Shown here one piece after another: positions 13,080 through 25,500 of a stretch of 64,000 nt of DNA; the first letter of the stretch is position 1; every line of letters starts with the position of its first letter. The notes below the pieces were generated by a model. It searched no databases and was not told the origin of the DNA. It saw only the letters and a program-made list of their open reading frames with translations. The position numbers and the translations under genes were made by a program. Origin of the DNA: Phoronis australis (taxonomy: Eukaryota > Animalia > Phoronida); NCBI GenBank assembly GCA_002633005.1, contig NMRA01000259.1, positions 1 through 64,000 of the forward strand, written 5' to 3'.

Positions 13080-16000
13080 TGTACTATCGCCCCTGTGTGG
13101 CATCCAGGGCAATGTAATTGCGTACGGGCTGTGGGATAGACAATGTTAATTAAGGCGATATCACAAGTCACGTGGGCGTGAGAGAACCTCTCACGAAACG
13201 CATGTTCCAATAAAGAGAACAGTTGCTGGGGAAGCAATTTCATCTGCGGTACACAACCATTTACATAACATATGAGTTTAAAAATTCAAATTTTGAAGAA
13301 ATCCTGTGCAGAGAGAAGGTGGTTCGACAAAGTTGACCGCGCCCTATACAGTGTAACATACCAATGAGCTAGGTGGCGCCACTTTTAAATTGTCATCTGC
13401 AGGAACGAGAGTACTGAGAATGTCGATTGTACTTTTTTGAAGAAATCCTGATTATTTCCGGAGACCGTCCTGATTCCCACAAACCTGAGTTTTTCTAACG
13501 AGACTTGCAATTTCTGTTTTCCTATTCCACTAGCTACACGGCGTCAACATTCTTCGAAGAAAACGGAACTTTAATTTTTGGCAGCCGGGTTCTCGGGTTA
13601 AATGGCCTTAAAAGAAAAACACACACACACTTGTAGCTAACGGAATAAGAAAATACTATCAGCTAGCTTCGTGACAAGAAGTCATGTTAGCGGTAAATAC
13701 GAAATCTGTAAAAATCACAAAAGACCAACACAAATATGTGAGTATGGACATATGGACATTATTTTATGCACATGCATGTAATAATATTCTATTATCATCA
13801 AGGATTTTACAAATATATAATTTTATGGGTCTGCTGTTAAGACCTAAAATTCAACCAATCAATCAAATTTATTTCTACAATAAAAGCCATAGACCTATCG
13901 AGCAAAAACGGCATTCAGTTATTAAGCAGTTAACAAGTTCTCACGAAGTTGAAAAGCTGTGAAAATCTATTCAATATTTAAAAAGGTCAACGAGTACTTC
14001 ATTATCATTTGTTTACAATGATTTTGTGAATTGAGTACGGAATGTTGTTTACGGAAATACGTGACGAGGTACTTTTCCTTGAGTTCAGTATACACAGTAT
14101 TGCAATTAAAACGAAAATGACATACGTCCTCAGCAGTATTGGGACAGAAGGGAAACACTCTGCCTGGGCAATACCTAAATGTGACTATGTATACCTACTT
14201 CCAAAACAGTTTACAATTTGAACAGCGAAAACTTGCCATGATCATAATCTGTGCTCGGGCTACATTTTGACTACGGTAATTTTCCAAATTGAATTCCGTC
14301 TTAAATTGATTATAAAAACACAATTTACAATTAAACGCAAAACTTTGTCGACAACCTTGCAAATAACGACACTTTAGTTAATACTCCTCGCGTAAAGATT
14401 TTGAGGAATGATTTTTCAAATACGACACCTTGATTCAACCAAACTCCATAGAATCCATAATTTGACAATAGGAGTCTGACAGAAGCCCAATTTTGTAAAT
14501 ACAGACCAAATTGTTGTAAAGTGGCCTTGAATTACGATAAGGAGGCATTTTGAAAAGTCAGTTGTACCATGTCTTTTGTTGTCACACACGTCCGAAGTTT
14601 TCTATACATTCGATGCAAGTTGTTTTAAGAAAACTCACCGTGAACTCCCAACTTGATGAGGAATTCTATCAAATGCTTAAGGCAAATCAACAAATGAACG
14701 AAAAAAATTATGGTCTATTGACCTCGGTGAAAGTCTATAACTGCATAATGTGGACAGATTTGGACAGACTTTAGAGTAGCAAACCAATAACACAGAGTAA
14801 ATAAGTCGCAATGTTGACCGCTACTATGGTACGGCCTTGTGAATTTTGCTTTAAGGGTTTTTCCTGAAATTACAATTACTTCATCGAAACTCGACCCCCG
14901 TCTCTCTCATTTCGCAAGCATTGAATTTGCCATTAAACGAGAACGTCAATAATTATGCAATTGCATCGGAGAAGTAATTCATGGAAGGAGCCTCTGTAAG
15001 GGCTTTCGATCGTATGCTAAGCGCTCTTTCGTTTAGTAAGTTATTAGTTTTACCCAAAACGTTGTGGACATTTTTTGAAAAAAACTTCAGGTTCTCGGTA
15101 TGGCCAAAGAATAATCGATTATATTTTGCGAAAGAAGTAATGATTTGGAGTGGTACAACGGTGGTTTTTACAGCAAAACAATCAACAAACGTCATTTGGT
15201 TTTGTCGATGTGATCGCAAACAGCGGGTCAGCACGCTCAGATTGCACGCGTCATTCGGGTACCCTTGCGTTGAATATGCATGACTAACCATTGTTTTAAT
15301 ATATTGTCTCAGTTCCCACGCTTGCTCAAACAGGATTTTTAAATAAGCCTTTCTTTCAGAGGATGTCTTTGAGGATGGTCGGTACAAAACTGCGTATGGA
15401 CTTCCTTATAGTTGATAGGTTAATCCAACAGTTATTCGTCGATTGTATAATTTTATAATCGACATATGTCCCGAATAATAGATAAAACATACGTGCGTCA
15501 CAAGCTCGTTACCAGAGATGAAAAGGAGATCCTGACAGGCGACAAAAGGCCATTTGTTACGATTAATACAATTACAAGAAATCGATAGTGAATAAAAATA
15601 AGTAAAATAAAAAATGATAATCCTTGGTAAGATGGACAATAAAAAAGCGCCACAAGAATAGGTGTACTACATTGTCCCTAAAGCAGCCCGCGTGAGCTAG
15701 AGCTCTGGGCCAATGGCGACGACGTTGGCCATTTCCGCATGCCAGTGGTAGATTATATGGATAATCTTAATTTTATTAAACAGTGAAATTAACTGCACCG
15801 ACTAGCATTTAATGTATTATGAAGGTAGGAAGAAAAAATGAAGCAATTTAAAGTACACATATGCTTCGGGTCAACAGCAATTGGCTTTTTCGCCCTCTTC
15901 ATGTTTTGTGTAATATATTTATTTTTTTGTACCCGTGACCCACGAGTTTGTTCCAAGTACTTTTCCATTTGCAAAATCAAAATTCAAGTGAGTTGTACAA

Positions 16001-17182
16001 CGTGCTCACGAACCGAAGAAGCCATGCCAATATCAAAATCAAAATTAACCGGCACGAATAACGACTCATTTTTGAGTGCACATCGTAAGGACGTAAGTGC
16101 TCGGCATTTTATTTTATTTGAGTACATGAGTCAACGGTTGATCAGTGACATATGCAAGTCACGCGTCACGCAAAACAAATTTTAACGATAAATTTGTGAA
16201 ACGAGACATATTGGTCGCAATGCTTCAGTTTTAATACTAAGAGTCCACATTGTATGGTTGGTGATTTTTTAACCACTATGAGCCATTTCTTGAGTTTGGC
16301 GTCAATTAGCACTATGATGAGCGTAACAAAACACATGAGAACATAAAAGAACATTCGATGTACCACAGTACGATTTGTTCGCGTAATTAGTAGCCTTTTC
16401 CAAGCAGTTACAGCGACTTTCAAACTGTTACACCCTAGATTTGTACAAGAACCGCCAACGTCATCAATTCTCCTTATCGCCAGCACTGATCTAAGTTCGT
16501 TTTGCGTTGGGCAGGGCAACTGCCACATTATCGATGACTACAGCAATAATTATTGGGGAATCAAATTAAGCCAGCAACTCTGTAGTAGCAGCTGAACGCT
16601 CTGCCGCTCACACAAATGCCACGAGTAAAAAGGGGGTATTAAAGGCGTTGTTAAACGATAGACACCAACATTGATTTCAACGGAATGTCAGGCAGACAAC
16701 GGTGAGAATTGACGATTAGTAATAAATTCACAAAACTCAACGGATTGTGGTCAATGCTAATAGCGTCCATCCCATCCTGCAATAATCCCCAAAAATAGCC
16801 AAAAACGAATCGGTCCATTTTCCGGTATTTCAGTCGGGACTGACGTGTTCACTTTCATGTATTTATCACGGCTGACATTGGCGTGCGAGTCGTGATGCGA
16901 AAAAAAGACTGCGGAACAGCAAACAATTATGGACTTTTCAGAACCAAAAGCCCAATCAAAATCTACACTCCGGCAGTGCTGGATATACGCCCGCAGGTAC
17001 ACAAATACCTAGACAGTGCCACCGTATCAACTAACTAGTTGAGACGGTGGCACCACCTAACAAATACCGTATCTTGCGTTAGACAATCTGACAATGGATG
17101 CTGTCAACCGCCAGTTCTTAGAACACTTACAGCGCCCTCTCTGATTGTGTGCCATTTACTCACAATATTGAGCTGCTGTGCC

Positions 17183-17575
17183 TGAACTTGGAATCCTGCT
17201 TAATTTCAAGATCGCGTACGCGTGACCTTGGAATTGAATATTCATTTGTGCAGATGAAATTTTTTGTTCAGTGTAAGGAATTTTTGAGCTTATTGGCCTC
17301 ACGTCCATCCATTTTCTCCTTTACTGTAACTTGTGTCAAAGACTGGGGGAAATATGTGAATGGTTAAATCAGTTACTGTTTGTTGAATAAGATCGCCAAT
17401 AGCTGAACAAAGATTGGTTAAAATTTACAAAATTTTATTGAAATGTATTTTGATTTAGTGCAATGCAATTTTTTATCAACATGAACGTGATTATTTGAGT
17501 GAATTTGGCAAGTTTAATCATGTATTCCAAGTTCACCCATACGCGATCTTAAGATTAAGCGAGATTCCAAATTCA
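17183..17575. mobile_element. MITE with ~52-bp imperfect terminal inverted repeats
   Basis: TGAACTTGGAATCCTGCTTAATTTCAAGATCGCGTACGCGTGACCTTGGAAT matches the reverse complement of 17524-17575. No clear TSD. Confidence 0.7.
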
Positions 17576-18653
17576 CATAAAAAAGAAAAACAGTAAGGTA
17601 CAGGAGTCAGCAGAGTTGTACAGTCCTGCTCAGCTAATCACTACCATACAGCAAAATGACGTAATTCAAGGGTCTTCTGAGACACGCTACTCTCACGGAT
17701 TTGACTAGGCTAGTCCATCAAAAAAACCAGGAATGTGAAAACAAACATTTAATTCGATAGGCAATTCTAGGCAGCTAAATTTGGGTTGGCATAAAATCAC
17801 GTGTTGGCCACCCAACAGACCTGCGATTTGCTCAAGGAAGTTTGATCCTGCAAACAGGTGAGCTGACTACTAGGGTAGGTTTATCATGAGGAAACTGCGT
17901 TCTGACACAGGCTAGTTCGTCAAACGTCACTCTGAGGACAAGAGTTGTAATGTGCAAGGAAAAAAATGTGAAATGAAAAGCAAAACGGGGTGTCATGAAT
18001 CGTACTCTGCTCATTCAATTCAACTCAGCAGTGTGTTAACAACTTTCTCTATGAAAACTAAGCAACCATAACATTAGTACAGTTTGGAAACAGTCCTTCC
18101 TTGAAGTATGAAGTGTTGAAAATTTGACAAGCTATATTGGGCACAATCTCAAGTTTTCTACATTCAAGAAAATTAAATAAACCCATGTGAAAGGCATCGG
18201 TAAAACGAGTCAATACCCATATATCATTTCTGGATCTCCAGACATGCATTTGTTCCTTTTCAAGAATGAAACTAAAATGATAGCAGCCAGAAGCACCAGG
18301 ATTAAATAACCTCACCTGCTGATAGAATGGGGCGACATCTGGCAGCAACCATAGAAACTAACAAGGGGTAAATAAATAGAGCTGAAGTCTACAGACAGTA
18401 ATATTTTCAACACTACAATTGTACAATGCATGTGTGCTCCCACAGAGAAATTACTTTGCTGGACTGGACTTATATGAGCAAATCTCCAGTAAAAGCAAGT
18501 CTTAATTCTGTTGAAACAATGAAAATATACACACTGAATTTCAGTACGTAACATCAACCTCATCCACCAAGTCCTCAATATAAACTTGGAGCCAGAAATG
18601 ACTCACAAACTTAGCCCTGAAGTTTTAATAAAATCATGTCAATGACACAGGCT

Positions 18654-19506
18654 TCAACTGTGCTCATTCACCAAATGGCTAGTTGCCCGTGGCAACTTGT
18701 GTTTCTTGGACTTGCTGCATTGGACATCAGCATCTGTACCCCCCACCAGACGCATTTTCTTCACAGGCACGCGAGTCTCACTTACTTCCTCATTCCCACT
18801 GAATCCAGAACTACCATGGCTACGCTTTTTAGCTTTTTTTTCAAGCAAAGGTGTGTGATTCAACTTGTTCCCATTTTCACTCTCCTTAACACTGCGACTA
18901 GAATCCGACCACTTGACCAATGCCAGGCCACGGTTCTTGGAGTTTTGCTTTTCACCATTACCAACCTCACCAGCGGAACTCTCAACCGGCTCAACTTTAA
19001 CTAAGTCACTTCTAACACTATGGCTCCCACTCCAGTCAGTTTCCAACCCTATACCATCCCCGCAAGGTACCTCATCTCGTTTAGAACGCCTCTTCTTTTT
19101 CTTCTTTTCCGATTTAATCGGTACATCATGGTCACAGGTCACCAACCCCTCAATCCTGCCATTCAACGGAGCACCTTCACCAAGTACTTCACAAGGATCG
19201 TCCATGGCTAAACTTACATTACTCACAATGCCCATGTCAAGCTTCTCATTTGTGTCCGAGTTTCTATGCTTAACCTTCTTGTGTTTCTTTTTTTTCTTAA
19301 TGGAATCGCACACATGACTGTTGTCTGTGACGTCAGTCTCTTCGAGATTGTTCACATAGTGTTCACTGTCTTTCTGTCTCTTCTTCTTCTTCTTCTTATT
19401 CTTCTTCTTTTCTTTGACCCCTTCTTCATCTTCACTACCATCATCCTGGTTCTCCAGCAATTCTCGGCTGGAGTCCTTTCGATTTGACTCGTCAGTTTCT
19501 TGCAAA
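18654..19506 (-). CDS. POLR1F: POLR1F coding exon 4 (Lys/Glu-rich C-terminal tail)
   Basis: Acceptor TTTTCTATTTCAAG, frame LQETDESNRK...KKKNKKKKKKR...EHS*. The phase fits exon 3. Confidence 0.9.
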
Positions 19507-22500
19507 CTTGAAATAGAAAATAAATGGTTAAACACAGATTGGTGAAATTTTGAAGTTTGCATCTTGTCACCTACCCAACACCAGAACTTTGGAAGTTTTT
19601 GTTTAAATAAAAACAGAGTTTTTAAAAATTCAATATCTTTCGAAGAACATGACACCATCACAAATTTTATAGTGGTGGTCCTCACCAACAGGAGGACGCA
19701 ATACAGTCAGTTTCTTAACTTAGAAACTTATCGTGTTGACCAACCTGCTGTTCACTTTTGCATTTCAAGAAAGCTGTGGAGAACATTCCAAGTGTTATTT
19801 TGTTATTATTAGCATCAATAGCCAGTTAAAAAGATACTGAACCCTGTTTCGGTGATTTCAACAAATCCTCGTTCTGCCATCTAACAATGCACCATTGGCA
19901 TCCAACTTAACTGATAAAAGCAGGATTCAACTAAAAACTCATAGTGTACTTTCTTTGTCACACATAGGATATTATGGTACTTGGTGGCAGGTCTTTTCCT
20001 ACAGTTGCCCTGAAACTCACCTAAAGTGTAGCTCTTGCTTACCCATAAAGCACACTTGCTAAGGAATTTTCAAATTTCGCTAGAAATATTTGAGGGTTGT
20101 AAGAGCATTATTTTGTTTCAGAGGACTAGATGGGAACATCATTTTTATTCTGTTAATAAGCCAAAACTGGGTTCGGTATACTTTTATCTGGAGTCTAACT
20201 ACTTCTAAGCGCCTTCAAATCTTCTAGTCGCAGTTAATACCAAGAGAAATGAACTGTCTGTCACAACGATAGGATAGTCACAACGGATTTGTCAATAATG
20301 CGCAACTAATACAAACACTAGAGAAGTTTACGTGGACTGTGAGTTTATGAAGGTACTGCCATGATAGAGTGGCCCTAGTATGGTATTAAAATAAAGTTTA
20401 TTCAGTTGACCACTCTTGTGGTTTTGCTAGGAGGTTCAGCCTTCAATGCTTAGTTACTTGACGTCACTTTTACTACAAATCACGTGAAAGATTGAAGCTG
20501 GCTAGCCCCTACTGGAAACTAGTCTGATAACATGTATAAGCAACAAAGCTAACGATGTATTGTATATCGAAATAGTGGATCTTCAGGTCCAATTTTTCTT
20601 AACATAATTATACATATTTGTTAACACATAAAAAGAGGCAGTGTGGCCTAGTGGGATAAGTGTTGATTCCTTTACTTAAGGTCATGGATTCGAATCCCGC
20701 GGGGGCACACTTCTAGACCCTTGAGTCAGGTCTCCAGCTCCACAGCTTGGTTTTATCTATATATTAATTAAAAGCATAAACATGGTTGCAGGTGATCAGA
20801 GCATTTGGTACAATGTGTACCAGACCACCTGCAATTATTTTTTTATAACAAAGAAAATTTGTTTCACACCGCCAAAAAATAACCCAGTTATCATGAAACC
20901 TCGTGCACGAATTAAAATTTGTTTTCATATTAATGCTATGTGAAATATCACCAAATGTTGAAATTAAACTTGCTGTAAACCTGCCTCCTGTCAAAAAGTA
21001 ATTTTCAATTCCTGTATTCCACACTCACACTCTTCTCGACCATGAGGTGAGATTATATTGATTGTGCAACGGTGGCGCTTTGCATACGATGGGCTACACC
21101 GTCTTTTGTCCTCCAGGACCATCGGGAAAAGGTGAAATGTGACAGGTTATCTCACTTTCTTGAATCGACATTGCAGCCCACCGCACAGCAGTAATACTTC
21201 CCGGCATGACTTAAATATAATTTTTAAGAGTTCAGACGACAGATGCTAACATATGAGTCTCCATAGGAGTGAAAGCGAAACTGCTGACCTGCCTGCCGTA
21301 TCTGGAGATGTGCTGCTGTTTCGTACCTCACTGCATGGGAGGTCGATCAATGCGGAAGGGGAGAATTCAGATCACTTACCATTAAATAAAAGTGTTCCTT
21401 ACTCAGATTAGAAGTCAACTCATGTTTTCACTCAGAAAGGTCCGGAATTTTGTTATACAATAAGCTGGCTTGTCCCAGCCGATGCCGCACAGCTGCAAGC
21501 CTTGGCAAATTGCCAGTTCTTCCCAAACCCAGCAATCATTTATAATCTGAGAGTGGAACAAGAAGATACTGTGCGGCAAATTTAAACTGAAAGCCCCCCC
21601 CCCTCTGCTCACACAGGGCATCTACAACATACAGTGAGCAAACAATGATTGACATCGTTTTAATGGACAAACTGAACTCTCACCTTTCATCAACAAAGTC
21701 TGCTTTTATGGACAGCACTCCATTCTGTGATACCAACTTGAATACAGACAGGACAATCTCTTGACCAATACTGAACTTGTTGATATCTGTCACCTGTAGA
21801 CCACGCTTGTTTATCGAAGCATTAAAACAGCCATGCACAAGACAGCCAATGTGGTCCTTGCCAATCTTGTTGACAACAGCTGAAAGAGAAAATGAGGCAT
21901 TACATAAGTTACAGGTGATAATGTTTCACTTGACAACACTCAGTGTTTCAAACCTTGCATGCTTGCCTTTGTGGGGCTTCTGAAAACAGGACTTTGGTTG
22001 AATGACGTGAGTGGGAACTTTTGTTCTCAAAATTGTGAGCATAGGTTTCATACTGAGTCAGGTACAGAACAGAACCAACTAATTATTTTTTGGCCTTGGA
22101 TGTGATTCATGTTCTTGACTAAATGTTCCCTTGAGTGTGCAGATAACAGCACCAAACTGACAACTCATTGTCTTTAGTCTAGTGATCAAAATAAACATAT
22201 CCCATGACCTGTTCATGTGTGTGACAGTGTAGCTTGTGTGGTAGTCCCAAGGGTGCTGAAATAAGTACGTCTGCCACAATGATAGCAAGCCATGCAAGTG
22301 GACCTTTCAATAAGGTAGGCCCAGAAAAGAATAATATTGTCCAATCTTGAATAATATTGTCCAATCTTGGATAATATTGTCCAAGCTCAAATAATATTGC
22401 CCAAGCTTGAATAATATTGGCCGAGCTTGAATATTGTCACAGCTCGAACATTGTCCAAGCTTGAATAATATTGTCCAACCTTGAATAATATCGTTCAAGC

Positions 22501-25500
22501 TTGAATAATATTGTTCAAGCTCAAATAATATTGCCAAAGCTCGAATAATATTGGCCAAGCTTGAATATTGTTTAAGCTTGAATAATATTGTCCAAGCTCG
22601 AATAATATAGGACAAGCTTCATTACATTGGGTACTGTTGAGCTTTAATGATTAATCTTACCAGAAAGGATTTGTCAAGCTTGATAAATTTAATGTTGTAT
22701 TGTTGACAATATCTACCTTTCAACTTTGAGCCCACCGTGGGTTTAAACAGTATGAAGTCAGCCGTGATGTTCAGGTGAATGGAAGGATATTCATTTATGA
22801 TCTGTCCATGGTGAGTCGCCAGCCGGATGTTACTGTAGGCAATGACAACACCCTCTAGTCTGAAACAACATCAGAAGATAAACCAAGTTAGTGTTCTGTT
22901 GTTAGCCACACTGACTACAGTAATTACTAATTTTGCACAAAAAAGTTTCCAAAATTGACATTTTTCTAGGTTGATCACCTTGCAGTAAATAATCAAAACT
23001 TTCACCAAATGTCATTGTATCGTACATTGTGCAGAGCATATCAAGCAAACAATGAACTAGAGTCTTCAAAATCATATTTGTAGAGACATTGGATCAATAT
23101 TGCGTAATAAACAGGTAAAGAATTGCTTTCTTTGTTGTACATTTGTAATTAGATTTTTTTAATTGTCATGTTTAATCACATATTTTATAAATGCATAACC
23201 GCAACTGAGAATTTGCAATGAATGCATAGGGTGATTAGCCCCAGTCATGCGCACCAGAACAAATTAGTTATGAATAGAACACCTGGCCTTGGGCAATTTT
23301 ATTCATGATAGTTACATACATGTATGATAGTTATAGAGAAACCAGTGAACCTCTTATTTCAGATTTTGCTCTAATGAGCATCTCTGGGTATACCTCTTGG
23401 CAGAACTGCAACTTCTCAAGACTCTGCTTCCAGAATTTGAAGCGTCTATGAACCCGCATTCCGTCCAAGGAGCGAATGTTTGGTTAGTAGGTTACTTACC
23501 ATTACAAAATTGGTGACAACTTGTTCCTAACTGAGGTGAGAAATGATTTGCGGGTTTGCAAAAAAACTGACAATTCGTTATACTTCAAGTCCATACTTGG
23601 TGCATGAAATGATACACTGTGACAAACCAAAATGTAAAGCCTGGTCCCAAGCAAAAACCAACTGTCAGTTCTGTCAAAGCCTTGAAATATTCTCTAATTT
23701 AACAACTAGTAAGGAACACTTTGACACCAATTACATTACGTTAAACGATCTAAATCTAAGTAGGTTTTTGTGAAGAAGACAGGCCAACACCTGGGGCCAT
23801 AATATGTACCAGTGCAGTACATGCAAAACTTGGACAATGCCTAAACATGAAAAACAACAAAATGAATTCCATGCACATAAAACTCATGGAAAATTTAAAA
23901 GGTAAAATCCATGGAAAATTCAAGGAAGTTTTCATTAGATAACTGAAAATATAAAGTGATTTTGTGAGTCATACTGAGAGCTCCTGCATTCAACTAAAAG
24001 TGATAATACTCTTTTTAAAAATAACTCAAAGAAAATGAAAATTGTATCCTAGGAAATGAAAACACACTATGAGTGGCAAACATCAGTCTCATCATCTAAC
24101 AGGTTATTGTCATTTGTTTTTACCTTCATCTATAGAGAACTAAAGCAAAAATCAAACAAAACTGGAGCGTTTGATCATTAATTCCGCCTTGGGGACTGGC
24201 AGATGCAGGAATTGTCAATCAATCAATCAATTAGTTACAGACAGCCAAGTCGACACGAGTTGCTTGTTTCACCTAATGAACAAGAGCTTTAACTAAATTT
24301 TGTATGATACTTATTAGTATCCAATAGGGGTCTCTGCAAGATGTAATTTTTCACACCTTTCTACACATTAAAGTACAAGTTTTTTTTAGATTTATCTCCT
24401 CTGAACATGATGGATGTTCCAATCAAAGACACAGGATTAAATGTATATTATGCATTGATGTGTTTTTGTTCTTTTCATTTTCACAATGATCATCGTACAG
24501 TTGTGTGCCTATACAAGAACACCGAGGCCAGCGTAGTGTTAAATGCCACTTACTTAGAATATATAATTGTATTGAATTTAATCCCAAATGGTTTAGATAT
24601 TTGGTTCCTATGGATACTTACGACCTTTAAAGTAATGTGTATCCCTTTTTGCCCAAAAATACCAGTAAAAACACCAGCCTTAACTAACAAAAATCCCAGA
24701 CACAGTTCTTGAACATTTTTATCAAAGTTTTGATACAGAAAAATTGGTGAATGCTGGTGAAAGGACTTTTCCCTATCCATGTAAAAAAACAACAATTTTC
24801 TCAAAAATGCGACCACGAAAATGGTGCAGTGTTGAACTGGGAATAACATGATTAGATTTATGTAGATTCCTAGTCTCAGAAAATATGTAACGGGGTTTTC
24901 CATAGATAAGTCCACCCTATGGAATGCCCATGGGCATTTATTTGTAAAATTATGCCGAAAAAATGCCCATGAGCGTTTATTTGGAGTTACAGGTTCTGGT
25001 GTCAAGTGTCTAGATAATGGGGGCGTTAATTCGGAAAATTTCCTCTAAAAAGCCCAACTTTTAGTCACAAATTCAGTTACAAAATAACAAACTGCTGGAG
25101 AACAATGCATTTATTAACATAAAATTTAAGAACACATTTTAAATAAAAAACGACAAAGTCTGGAAACCTATGACTTTCCGTTAACACGCCCTGATTTTCC
25201 AAATAAATGCCCGAGCGTTATTTGGTGTTATTAAAACGTCTGAAATTTTTCCTTTTCCGAATACACACCCACAGACTTATCTACGGAAAATCCCAATACT
25301 TTTATGAATTGATAACCATATTGCAAGCACTATGACTATACTTTTATGAATTGATAACCATATTGCAAGCACTATGACTATACTTTTATGAATTGATAAC
25401 CATATTGCAAGCACTATGACTAAAAGTAAAGACAGGATTGTGAGTGCTGACAATTGATTCTAATAAAAATATTCAATTATGATCAAAAGTCAAGCACTTG

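Noticed and set aside
14953-16528. Cluster of 100-144 aa ORFs
   Set aside because: No recognisable motifs, overlapping on both strands, with composition like AT-rich non-coding or repeat DNA.
19507-19688. N-terminal part of the 344-aa ORF as a stand-alone gene
   Set aside because: It lies upstream of the exon 4 acceptor and is intronic read-through of POLR1F.
20636-20710. Functional tRNA gene
   Set aside because: A and B boxes are present, but the acceptor and anticodon stems do not pair well and homology to a second copy extends beyond the tRNA part, indicating a SINE.
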